From: Salinispira sp.
GTDB lineage: Bacteria; Spirochaetota; Spirochaetia; DSM-27196; Salinispiraceae
Reading direction: 5' to 3'
NCBI GenBank assembly: GCA_965226555.1
Contig: CBDDDG010000021.1
Coordinates: forward strand, 160,001 to 224,000
Length of the DNA stretch: 64,000 nt
The notes beneath the pieces are model-generated. The model worked only from the letters and a program-made list of their open reading frames with translations, was not told the origin of the DNA and made no database searches. Numbering within the stretch: position 1 is the first letter of the stretch; each line of letters begins with the position of its first letter. This document shows positions 1 to 9,527 of the stretch, in pieces. The position numbers were made by a program, and so were the translations under genes.

Positions 1-483
1 GATTTTCATAAACCTCAGAATGCCCCCGCAGATGCAATTACAAACTGCCTTAAAACAACTGATAATACTTTGTCTGTTTGGGAAATTGATTCTCCCGACA
101 AACCGGATGAAGGGGTGCTTGCGATTGCTGGATCATTAGACCACATTGCGGCAATTGATATTATTATTCTGAATGAAGATGACATTAAAGACGCAGATAT
201 TTCTGTTGAATCTTCCGAGGGAGATACAACAGTCACCGATCTTAAAGAAACTCATAAGGATATAGTAAATCTTACATATTATACGCTTGGCAAAATAAAT
301 GATCTTATGGTTACAAGTCTTAAAAATAAATTGTGTAAGCGTTACACCGCAGGGGAATTGAAAAAGATTCTCAAAAAGGCACTTAACGAAAAACGAATAC
401 ATTGGGAGAATTTATCTCCAGGATTGCAGAAAATTTGTAAAAAACTGTTGGAGGGCGAAGAATATCATGCCCAGAGAACCTGA
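1..483 (+). CDS. Conserved hypothetical protein, 5'-partial, overlapping the start of the Type III mod gene
   Basis: Frame 1 is open from base 1 (DFHKPQNAPADAITNCLKTTDNTLSVWEID...) to TGA at 483. It is AT-richer than the neighbouring gene and overlaps mod by 17 nt. Confidence 0.75.
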   Translation, partial: DFHKPQNAPADAITNCLKTTDNTLSVWEIDSPDKPDEGVLAIAGSLDHIAAIDIIILNEDDIKDADISVESSEGDTTVTDLKETHKDIVNLTYYTLGKINDLMVTSLKNKLCKRYTAGELKKILKKALNEKRIHWENLSPGLQKICKKLLEGEEYHAQRT

Positions 484-3061
484 GAAGAAACAGATTACAT
501 CGTATGCTCATAAGGATGCGCTGCGGACGAACAATCCGCTGGTTGGGTTGGTGACGCCGGGCACCGATCCTGACGAGGGGAAAGCCACGAGCTATGCCTA
601 CGATCCGCACATTGACCCGCACATGGAATGGGCAGGCAAGGCGGAGCGTATGTCCTTTGCGGTTCCGCTGCAATCGTTGCATGTGCATGAGCGCATTGAC
701 CCCCGCAGCATTATTGAGGCGGTGTGCAGGCGCGGCGGTCGGCAGGGCAGGCAGATGGGCCTGTTTGAAGAAGAGCGCGAGGTTCCGCTGCGTCAGGCTA
801 TTGAATTCTATCGGCATTCCCGGAACTGGAGCAACCGGCTCATTGCCGGCGATTCGCTGCTCATTATGAATTCCCTGCTGGGTAAGGAAAATATGGCAGC
901 CAAGGTGCAGTGCGTGTACATGGATCCGCCCTACGGCATTACATACGGCTCCAATTTTCAGCCCTTTACGAACAAACGCGAGGTCATGGACGGCAAGAGT
1001 GAAGATTTAACCGCCGAGCCGGAAATGATTAAGGCATTCCGCGACACCTGGGAACTCGGCATTCATTCCTACCTCTCATACATGCGCGACCGGCTGCTGC
1101 TCATACGCGAGCTACTGACCGAAAGCGGAAGTGTGTTTGTGCAGATAGGCGCCGAGAATGTGCACAGGGTGAGTCTTATAATGGATGAGATATTCGGCGC
1201 GGAGAACAGAGTGGCAACAATTACCTTCATGACATCGGGCGCCAGCTCATCGAACACCTTGCCGTCAGTTGCCGACTATCTCCTCTGGTATGCCAAAGAC
1301 CGGAAAAACATGAAATATCGGCAATTGCACGACCCGCTGAATCGCTCCGAAACGGTGGAGTTTTTTACTTCATACGCTGCTGTTGAACTGCCGGATGGTA
1401 CCTGCCGAAAACTTACAACTGATGAACGTTCCGACCCCAATACATTGCCTCATGGCGCGCGGCTGTACCAACGCATGCCATTGACATCTCAAGGGTTATC
1501 AAGTACTGGGCGATCTGATCCTTATGAATGGAACGAGAAGATATTTCCCTGCGCTCCTCGGCACTGGAGTGTTTCAATGGATGGTCTGGATCGTCTGGCT
1601 GAAATCAACAGGTTAGATGCTGCGGAATCTGATGGCGCCACATTAGGATGGAAGCGATACGAGAATGAAACACCCGGGCGCAAAATTAACAATGTATGGG
1701 CGAGGCAAATGTCAGTTGCCGGCAGCGCGAAGCGCTATGTTGTGCAAACTGCCGACAGCGTGTTGGAACGCTGCCTGCTCATGGCCAGCGATCCGGGCGA
1801 CTTGGTATTCGACCCGACCTGCGGAAGCGGTGTTACCGCCTATACCGCCGAAAAATGGGGCAGACGCTGGATAACCTGCGATACCTCCCGTGTTGCTACC
1901 GCCATTGCCCGGCAGCGGCTCATGACTGCGCTATTCCCGTATTACAAACTAGCATATCCGCAAGATGGAGTGGGCGGCGGCTTTGAATACAAGAAAGTGC
2001 CCTATGTTTCGGCAAAAACTCTGGCATACAACGAAGTGCAAACCTTCACAACCCTGTATAACCAGCCGCTGAAAGATTCTGCGCGCAGCCGCGTAACCGG
2101 ACCCTTCACCGTTGAGGCCGTACCATCCCCGACCGTGCAGCCAATTCATGAGCTTAGCCCCCCGCCGGAACCTCTTCCCGAAAATGAGTCCATTGTTCGC
2201 GCTGGCGAGACCCTGCGTCAGAACGAATGGATCGATGAATTACTGGAAAACGGCATCCGCGGAAAAAATAATCAGCATATCTCCTTCTCGCGCATTACCC
2301 CCCTGCCCAACCGCTGGCTGCATGCCATTGCCGAGACATCTCCAGACAATTCCGCCCGCGCTAGCGCCGCCGCCAGCCGTCCCAAATCAGCGCCCGAATC
2401 CGCCGCCGAATTGCTCCGCGCTGCCTTCAGCTTCGGCCCTGAGCATGCCCCGCTCGAGCCGCGTCAGGTAGAAAATGCCCTGCAGGAAGCGGGAAAACTT
2501 GTCCCCAGCCCGAAAATAGTTATTTTCGCCGCCTTTCAGTTCGACCCCGAAGCATCAAAAGATATTGCCGAAACAAACTGGCCCGGCGTTACCCTGCTCA
2601 CCGTGGGAATGAATGCCGATCTGCAAACTGACGATCTGAAAAAGAAACAAACCGGCAGCGACAGCTTCTGGCTTATCGGGCAGCCGGATATTCAGGTCGA
2701 GCAGATACGCGCGGGGGATCATGTCGGAAGATGGTTTGTAAAAGTAGAGGGATTTGACTATTTCAACACGAGAACCAGTGAACTGACAAGCGGCAATGCG
2801 GAAAACATCGCCATCTGGATGCTCGATACCGATTATGACGGGCGAAGTGTCTACCCCCGGCAGGTATTCTTCCCCATGGCGGGAAAAAACGATGGCTGGC
2901 AGAAGCTGGCAAAGAATCTGCGGGCAGAAATAGACACCGGCCTCATGGAAGCATACCGGGGAACGACATCCCTGCCCTTTGAGTCCGGCAAGAACAAACG
3001 AATTGCGGTTAAAATTGTGGATGATCGCGGCATTGAAAGCCTGCGGGTCATGAACCTTTAA
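467..3061 (+). CDS. Type III restriction-modification adenine DNA methyltransferase (Mod subunit)
   Basis: 864 aa. Motif IV DPPY (YMDPPYGI) precedes SAM-binding motif I (VFDPTCGSGVT), the beta-class order. It ends RIAVKIVDDRGIE and lies directly upstream of a Res-like gene. Confidence 0.92.
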   Translation: MPREPEKKQITSYAHKDALRTNNPLVGLVTPGTDPDEGKATSYAYDPHIDPHMEWAGKAERMSFAVPLQSLHVHERIDPRSIIEAVCRRGGRQGRQMGLFEEEREVPLRQAIEFYRHSRNWSNRLIAGDSLLIMNSLLGKENMAAKVQCVYMDPPYGITYGSNFQPFTNKREVMDGKSEDLTAEPEMIKAFRDTWELGIHSYLSYMRDRLLLIRELLTESGSVFVQIGAENVHRVSLIMDEIFGAENRVATITFMTSGASSSNTLPSVADYLLWYAKDRKNMKYRQLHDPLNRSETVEFFTSYAAVELPDGTCRKLTTDERSDPNTLPHGARLYQRMPLTSQGLSSTGRSDPYEWNEKIFPCAPRHWSVSMDGLDRLAEINRLDAAESDGATLGWKRYENETPGRKINNVWARQMSVAGSAKRYVVQTADSVLERCLLMASDPGDLVFDPTCGSGVTAYTAEKWGRRWITCDTSRVATAIARQRLMTALFPYYKLAYPQDGVGGGFEYKKVPYVSAKTLAYNEVQTFTTLYNQPLKDSARSRVTGPFTVEAVPSPTVQPIHELSPPPEPLPENESIVRAGETLRQNEWIDELLENGIRGKNNQHISFSRITPLPNRWLHAIAETSPDNSARASAAASRPKSAPESAAELLRAAFSFGPEHAPLEPRQVENALQEAGKLVPSPKIVIFAAFQFDPEASKDIAETNWPGVTLLTVGMNADLQTDDLKKKQTGSDSFWLIGQPDIQVEQIRAGDHVGRWFVKVEGFDYFNTRTSELTSGNAENIAIWMLDTDYDGRSVYPRQVFFPMAGKNDGWQKLAKNLRAEIDTGLMEAYRGTTSLPFESGKNKRIAVKIVDDRGIESLRVMNL

Positions 3062-3119
3062 TGCGTGAGATTATTGTGAGGTAATGCAAAATGATTCGGA
3101 AACTTAAGCTGTCAAATTA

Positions 3120-5873
3120 ATGAATCAACGCTCTTTAATTATCAATTCACCGTACAAAATGCCTTCCCGCCATTGGAAATTTGCCGGACAGGGCACTTCT
3201 CCCGATCTTGTGGAGGGGCGGCATGAGGCCGGGTACATGGTTTCAGATACGGGAGCAAAGCCTCATCAGGATAGTGGAACCTTCATTCCTTTGCCGCTGG
3301 TGAATCAGATTCGCATGGCTGTGAATGCTTGGCGGAATGCGGGGTATCCGGGGATTACCGGAATTACGCAGGTCCTTCTGGAACATTGGAACGACAGCGA
3401 ACAGAGGGAATATCCATTGTTCTTCTGTCAGCTTGAAGCCATTGAGACACTAATATGGCTTATTGAGCTGTCCAATTCGAAGAAGCGGGGAATTACTATT
3501 CCTTCAGATGGCGGGGAGTTCAGTCGCTTTTGTTCCAAACTCGCTACGGGCACCGGTAAGACCGTTGTCATGGCAATGGTCATTGCATGGCAGGCAATTA
3601 ACCGTGTGACCTATCCGCGCGATGAACGATTCTCGCAGAACATTTTTATTGTTGCGCCGAACCTGACGGTCAGAGAGCGGCTTTCTGTTTTAGAACCCTC
3701 ATGCAATGGGAATTATTACGATGAATTTAATGTTGCGCCGATCTCGTTGCGAGAGAAACTTTTACAGGCCCGGGTGCTCATAAAAAACTGGCATGTATTG
3801 AATTGGGAAACTGAGGAGAAAATTCGGAGCAAGAAGGGTGTGGATAAGCGCGGAGCCCTGAGCGACACGGCATACACGCGGGCAGTTCTGGGAGATATGG
3901 CGCATGCCCGCAACATCCTTGTCATTAACGATGAAGCGCACCATGCTTGGCGCGTCCATCCTGAGTCAAACATACGCGGCGTGAAGAAAGACGAAATAGA
4001 CGAGGCAACCAAATGGTTGGGCGGGCTTGATAGAATTAACAACACGCGGGGAATTCTCTGCTGTTTCGATTTTTCCGCAACGCCCTTTGCGCCGAGCGGG
4101 AAAACGGCGCCCGAATTATTCCCGTGGATAGTCAGCGATTTCGGCCTGAACGATGCCATTGAGGCAGGGCTGGTGAAAACGCCCCGCATTGTGGTGCGTG
4201 AAGACGCCATTCCCGCCGGAAATTATAAACCTCGTTTGTATCATATTTTCAGCGATCCGGAAGTGAAGGACAATTTGAATAGGAGCGCTGGAGAAGATGA
4301 CCCCCTGCCCGATTTTGTCCATAACGCCTACCGTCTTCTGGCATGCGACTGGGAGAAAACAAAGGAAGCATGGAGCGGGCGCGGAACGCCGCCGGTTATG
4401 ATTACGGTGGCAAACCGCACCGAAACGGCGGCGCGCATTACACGCGCATTTGAGAAAAAATTCATTGATCCACCATCCCTCTGCGATCCCAAAGGACTCT
4501 TGCATATTGACTCAAAGGTTCTGAAGGAGGCGGAGGAGCAGGAGCCCGAAGAAGGGACGCGGAAGAGCGCTCACAATGGAGAGGGCAGGAAACAAACACG
4601 GAAGGAAAGGGCAGACTTTCTCCGGGAGCAGGTCAATACGGTCGGGCAGGAAGGAACCCCGGGGGAACAGATACAAAATGTCATATCTGTGGGAATGCTG
4701 TCCGAGGGTTGGGACGCCCGAACGGTAACGCACATTATGGGGCTGCGGGCCTTTACCAGTCAGTTGCTCTGCGAGCAGGTTGTCGGGCGGGGTCTGCGGC
4801 GCGCTTCGTATGAAATTAATGAAGAGACCGGGTTATTTGATCCGGAATATGTCAATGTATTCGGCGTGCCCTTCAGTTTTTTGTCTATGGATAATGACGA
4901 TAGCGCGCCGCCGCGCCCTCCTGCGCAGAAAATTGAGGTTAAACCGGTGGATGAGAAGAAACGGTTTGAGATCCAATTTCCGAACATTGTCCGCGTGGAA
5001 CGAAAATGTCAACAAAAACTCTCAGTGAATTGGGCAGCGCTGAGTCCTCTGAAAATTGATGCATCCACAATTGTAGAAATTGCCGAAATTGCTCCCACGG
5101 TGAATAATTTGCCGGATCTGAACAATATTGAGACTCTGAATCTGGAAAAATTACTTGGCGCAAAGCGCAGGCAGACCCTTATTTTTCAGGCGGCGGAGAG
5201 CGCATGGAACCGCATGAAGTCCACATGGAAGGGGTCTGAGGATCGCTTAGTCGCGGAGTTAATAGGGCTGGCGGAGGAGTTTATGAGTTCAGGGAACATT
5301 CACATTACTCCCAATTCCTGCAACACCGGGAAAAGAAGGCATATTGTGCTCATGCTGAGTATGTCAAAAATCTTTTACCATTTTATCGATTCCATAACAT
5401 TCAGCAATTCCGAAGAACTCATTCCGGTGTTCAATAAGGACAGACCAATTCAATGGACGGGCGATATGCTTCCGTGGAGAACAGGCAGACCCTGTGAATA
5501 CACGAAGAAGAGCCATAGTAATTATTGTGTCTACGATAGCACTTGGGAGTCATCGGACGCGTTTGAACTGGATCGGAATGATCATGTCGATGCATGGGCG
5601 AAAAATGATCATGTGGGCTTTGAGGTTCTCTATGTTCACAATGGGGTAGTGCGGAAATATCGCCCCGATTTTCTCATTCGTCTGCGGTCGGGCGCTATGC
5701 TTGTGCTGGAGACGAAGGGAAGGCAGACGGATATGGATGATTCAAAGCATTCTTCCATGAGGGAATGGATTGCTGCCGTGAATGGCGATGGAAGGTTTGG
5801 ACAGTGGCAGTTTGATGTTTCGGCTCATCCGAAGGAAATAAAAAATATTCTCGCGCGGAGCGGTCAGGAATGA
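3120..5873 (+). CDS. Type III restriction endonuclease Res subunit (SF2 helicase-like ATPase + PD-(D/E)XK nuclease)
   Basis: 917 aa. Walker A ATGTGKT, DEAH box (INDEAHH), SAT motif, motif VI QVVGRGLR, and a C-terminal YRPDF...LETKG nuclease motif. Confidence 0.92.
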   Translation: MNQRSLIINSPYKMPSRHWKFAGQGTSPDLVEGRHEAGYMVSDTGAKPHQDSGTFIPLPLVNQIRMAVNAWRNAGYPGITGITQVLLEHWNDSEQREYPLFFCQLEAIETLIWLIELSNSKKRGITIPSDGGEFSRFCSKLATGTGKTVVMAMVIAWQAINRVTYPRDERFSQNIFIVAPNLTVRERLSVLEPSCNGNYYDEFNVAPISLREKLLQARVLIKNWHVLNWETEEKIRSKKGVDKRGALSDTAYTRAVLGDMAHARNILVINDEAHHAWRVHPESNIRGVKKDEIDEATKWLGGLDRINNTRGILCCFDFSATPFAPSGKTAPELFPWIVSDFGLNDAIEAGLVKTPRIVVREDAIPAGNYKPRLYHIFSDPEVKDNLNRSAGEDDPLPDFVHNAYRLLACDWEKTKEAWSGRGTPPVMITVANRTETAARITRAFEKKFIDPPSLCDPKGLLHIDSKVLKEAEEQEPEEGTRKSAHNGEGRKQTRKERADFLREQVNTVGQEGTPGEQIQNVISVGMLSEGWDARTVTHIMGLRAFTSQLLCEQVVGRGLRRASYEINEETGLFDPEYVNVFGVPFSFLSMDNDDSAPPRPPAQKIEVKPVDEKKRFEIQFPNIVRVERKCQQKLSVNWAALSPLKIDASTIVEIAEIAPTVNNLPDLNNIETLNLEKLLGAKRRQTLIFQAAESAWNRMKSTWKGSEDRLVAELIGLAEEFMSSGNIHITPNSCNTGKRRHIVLMLSMSKIFYHFIDSITFSNSEELIPVFNKDRPIQWTGDMLPWRTGRPCEYTKKSHSNYCVYDSTWESSDAFELDRNDHVDAWAKNDHVGFEVLYVHNGVVRKYRPDFLIRLRSGAMLVLETKGRQTDMDDSKHSSMREWIAAVNGDGRFGQWQFDVSAHPKEIKNILARSGQE

Positions 5874-5906
5874 TCTTGTGTAGTACAATGGATATAGGGA
5901 CATATT

Positions 5907-7628
5907 ATGATCAGACAAGATAATAAGCAGGAGATGCGGAAGAAGATCGGGCGCCTTTTTGTGTGCGGTTTCGATGGTACGGAAATTAATGAACATACCG
6001 ATTTTCTGCTGCGGGAATTGACTATTGCTAACTGGGTACTGTTTGCCCGCAATGTTTCAGAGTATGGGCAGGCGGCCGAGCTTTGCCGGAATCTTACCCG
6101 TGAAACACAGCGCATCAACGGTATGCTCCCCTTTGTGAGCATAGATCAGGAGGGCGGCATAGTAAGCAGGCTGCATGGAGATATGAATATGTATCCTGGT
6201 GCCATGGCGCTTGCTGCTCTTGATGATGTGGATATTGCTGCCACGGTCGCCCGCATTACCGGAGAGCACCTCCGCGCACTCGGCTTCAATATGAACCTTG
6301 CGCCGGTCTGCGACATAAACAGTAATCCGAAGAATCCCATTATCGGCACCCGCAGCTTCGGCGACAGTCCCGGGAAGGTCGCTGCCCTTGCCGCTGCCGT
6401 TATGAAGGGCTACATGAGCGCCGGAGTAATTCCCGTGCTCAAGCATTTTCCGGGACATGGCGATACTGATCTGGATTCACACCTCGAACTGCCGCTCCTG
6501 CCTCATGAGCGCAGTATTCTTGAAAAACGCGAACTGCATCCTTTCCGCCATTGCATTCAGGAAGGCGCTCCCGCGGTCATGACGGCGCACATTCGTGTGC
6601 CGGCACTTGACGATTCAAAGCTTCCCGCTTCATTGTCGAAGCAGATTGTTCAGGGGCTTCTCCGTTCATCGTTGAATTTTGATGGGCTTGTGCTCACAGA
6701 CTGCCTAGAAATGAAGGGGGTAAGTGCTCGTTTCAGCATTGGAGATGCGGTCATCCATGCCTTCGAGGCCGGCAGCGATCTGTTGCTTATCAGCCATCGT
6801 GCGGAGGAGCAGGAACGGGGGTTCAAAGCCCTGTACGATGCTGCCGTATCCGGAAAAATTTCCGAGAGCCGTATAGATCACTCCCTTAATCGAATGGAAG
6901 AGTGCCGGCGCGCAATGTCCCTGAACACGCATCCCGCGCCGATCAGCCTGCCGGTCAGCCGAGAGGGCGCGGGCAGCCGGGAGGTCGCTGGCACCGACGG
7001 CGCATCGGTCAGCCGGGAAGGTGCGGTCGGCCTGCCGGTCAGCCGGATTTTCGAAGAAGATGCCCCCTTTCTCCGTGAAGTGAGCCGGAAAAGCCTCACC
7101 CTCGTTCGCGATAGGGGCTTTCTGTCATCGGGCAGTCTGCCCAATAGCCCCGAAACCCTCATTCTCGCCATTGAAAGGCCTGAGCAATTTATTGGGGAGA
7201 ACACTGTTTCCGGCGGAAGACCTATAAGACGCTTGCGGGAAGCATTTCCGCGCGCCGATTTTCATAGTATTCATGCCGATTGTTCTGCGCAGGAAATTCT
7301 CCATGTAGACGGCGTGGATATTCTCACGGCAGCAACTTCCCAGCGCTATACCCGCATTCTTATTACCACCTCCGATGCTGCCTTCTATCCCGAGGCAATT
7401 GAGGCAGTCCGCGCTATCTGCGGAGAGAGCTGCCCCGTTGGAGTTGCGGTAATGCGCAGTCCCTATGAAGCCGCTCACTTCAATACCGCAGACCTTATCC
7501 TGCTTACCTGGGAAGATACTGTTCCCGCGGTGGAAGCCCTCATTGCCGTTCTCAGGGGGGAGATGCGGGCCGAAGGCAGATGCCCTGTGCGCATTCCGGG
7601 ACTTCAGCTTCCTGGCACTCAGCCATGA
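5907..7628 (+). CDS. nagZ: Beta-N-acetylhexosaminidase (GH3)
   Basis: Motifs IDQEGG, APVCD, KHFPGHGDTDLDSH (NagZ signature) and LTDCLEM. Confidence 0.9.
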   Translation: MIRQDNKQEMRKKIGRLFVCGFDGTEINEHTDFLLRELTIANWVLFARNVSEYGQAAELCRNLTRETQRINGMLPFVSIDQEGGIVSRLHGDMNMYPGAMALAALDDVDIAATVARITGEHLRALGFNMNLAPVCDINSNPKNPIIGTRSFGDSPGKVAALAAAVMKGYMSAGVIPVLKHFPGHGDTDLDSHLELPLLPHERSILEKRELHPFRHCIQEGAPAVMTAHIRVPALDDSKLPASLSKQIVQGLLRSSLNFDGLVLTDCLEMKGVSARFSIGDAVIHAFEAGSDLLLISHRAEEQERGFKALYDAAVSGKISESRIDHSLNRMEECRRAMSLNTHPAPISLPVSREGAGSREVAGTDGASVSREGAVGLPVSRIFEEDAPFLREVSRKSLTLVRDRGFLSSGSLPNSPETLILAIERPEQFIGENTVSGGRPIRRLREAFPRADFHSIHADCSAQEILHVDGVDILTAATSQRYTRILITTSDAAFYPEAIEAVRAICGESCPVGVAVMRSPYEAAHFNTADLILLTWEDTVPAVEALIAVLRGEMRAEGRCPVRIPGLQLPGTQP

Positions 7629-8404
7629 ATATGCTCCTGTTCTCCGAAGGGGAGTGGCGGCAGCCGCTTAGTGCCGATGATTACCGCAGCGTCCACATTC
7701 GTGAACAGCTCGGCCTCCGCAGGGGCGATACCGTGCGTGTCGGGCTCATGGGTCAGGGAAGGGGCAGGGCGATACTGCTGACTGAGCCCGATCCATCGCA
7801 GGCGCTTGTCCTTCGTTTTCCGTACCACCTCACCAGTGTTCATTTTCATCCGGTGCATCTTGTTATTGGGCATCCCCGGCCGCCGGTCTTCGCTCGGCTC
7901 GTGAGAGATCTCAGTTCCCTCGGGGTTGCCCGCATGAGCTGGATTCATACTACCCTTGGTGAGAAAAGTTATCTTTCAAGCAAAATGTGGCAGGCAGATC
8001 TTCTGGAGAAACAAATCCGCATCGGCCTTGAGCAGGGCGCTCACACATTGCCCCCCATCATCCGCAAATTTTACTCACTCCGCCATTTCATGGAAGAAGA
8101 AAAGGAAACAGCGCAGTCCTCCAAAATTGTTCTTCAGCCGCCAAACGATTCCGAAAAACGTGTACAATCTCTGAACAGCGTTCTGTTTCGGGGCGGAGGA
8201 ACAGAACAGCGGAACATTATTATGGCGATTGGAGCGGAGCGCGGATGGACAGTGGATGAAATGAGAATTATGGAAGATGCAGATTTTACAAAGGCGCATC
8301 TCGGCGCATCGATATTACGCACCGAGAACAGCGCCCTCATTGCGGCAGGCATGGCAATGCTCAGCACCTGCGGCAGGGCAGATGTACTGACAGCATCATC
8401 CTGA
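7625..8404 (+). CDS. rsmE: 16S rRNA m3U1498 methyltransferase (RsmE family)
   Basis: SPOUT motifs AIGAERGW and LGASILRTENS. The ATG at 7625 overlaps the nagZ stop (ATGA). Confidence 0.8.
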   Translation: MNMLLFSEGEWRQPLSADDYRSVHIREQLGLRRGDTVRVGLMGQGRGRAILLTEPDPSQALVLRFPYHLTSVHFHPVHLVIGHPRPPVFARLVRDLSSLGVARMSWIHTTLGEKSYLSSKMWQADLLEKQIRIGLEQGAHTLPPIIRKFYSLRHFMEEEKETAQSSKIVLQPPNDSEKRVQSLNSVLFRGGGTEQRNIIMAIGAERGWTVDEMRIMEDADFTKAHLGASILRTENSALIAAGMAMLSTCGRADVLTASS

Positions 8405-8528
8405 GTCCGCCGGAGGCAGGGAAAAACCGTGAGTATCGTAAAAAGACTTGATACTGATAGTGGTACTATTCCATAATGGTAAACATCCGAAAAAACGGAT
8501 GAAATTGCAAAATTTTCTGTGAGGTATT

Positions 8529-9527
8529 ATGAAGGCATATATTCGTTCTGTGGGAGTGTATCTTCCCGCAAGAATTGTAACCAATGATGAACTTTCACAG
8601 ACACTCAATACTAATGATGATTGGATATTTTCTCATACAGGAATTCATGAGAGGCGGATTGCAGCAGAGAATGAAGCTGCCAGTGATCTGGCCTATAAGG
8701 CCGCAGTAGCGGCATTGGAATCTCTTCATACGCAGGACGATAGTATATCCGCAGCGGATATTGACCTCATACTTCTTGCAACATCTACTCCCGACTATCC
8801 CGGACTTCCTTCCACAGCCTGCATTGTGCAGGAACGTCTTGCCGCAAAAAATGCGGGGGCCATGGATATTGTAGCGGCCTGTACCGGATTTATTTACGCA
8901 TTGGAAACTGCCAGAGCCTTTGTTGCGAGCGGAGGCGCGAGTAATGTTCTTGTTATTGGCGCCGAAGTATATTCAAAAATTGTGAACTGGCAGGACCGTT
9001 CAACCTGTGTTCTCTTTGGAGACGGAGCAGGCGCGGTTCTTGTGAGCGCCGCCGAAGAAAACAGCGAAAGCGCCGTCATCGGTTCCTTTCTCAGAAGCGA
9101 CGGCAGCGGTGTTGAACATTTGTTTTGCCCGGGAGGGGGCAGCAGACAGCCCCGTCATCAGGAAAAAAATGAGGCCGATCAATATCTGTACATGAACGGT
9201 CGTCAGGTATATATATTTGCCGTGAAAGCAATTATTGAGACGGTGAAACAGCTCGAAAAACAGTATGATCTGAGTATTGATGATGTCGACCATGTTATAC
9301 CGCATCAGGCAAACAGAAGAATTATTGAGGCTGCCTGCAAGCGTGAGGGCTGGCCTGAAGAAAAGTTTTTTATGAATATGGATCGCTACGCCAACACATC
9401 GGCAGCGAGCATACCCATTGCTCTGGAAGAGATGGAGAAAAAAAACATTCTCACGCGCGGAGACCGCATTTTGATGGTTGGCTTTGGAGCAGGGCTGACA
9501 TTTGGCGGGAATTACCTTATGTGGTAA
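8529..9527 (+). CDS. fabH: 3-oxoacyl-ACP synthase III
   Basis: Motifs AACTGF (catalytic Cys), FGDGAGA, PHQAN, YANTSAASIP and GFGAGLTFG. RBS GAGG upstream. Confidence 0.95.
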   Translation: MKAYIRSVGVYLPARIVTNDELSQTLNTNDDWIFSHTGIHERRIAAENEAASDLAYKAAVAALESLHTQDDSISAADIDLILLATSTPDYPGLPSTACIVQERLAAKNAGAMDIVAACTGFIYALETARAFVASGGASNVLVIGAEVYSKIVNWQDRSTCVLFGDGAGAVLVSAAEENSESAVIGSFLRSDGSGVEHLFCPGGGSRQPRHQEKNEADQYLYMNGRQVYIFAVKAIIETVKQLEKQYDLSIDDVDHVIPHQANRRIIEAACKREGWPEEKFFMNMDRYANTSAASIPIALEEMEKKNILTRGDRILMVGFGAGLTFGGNYLMW

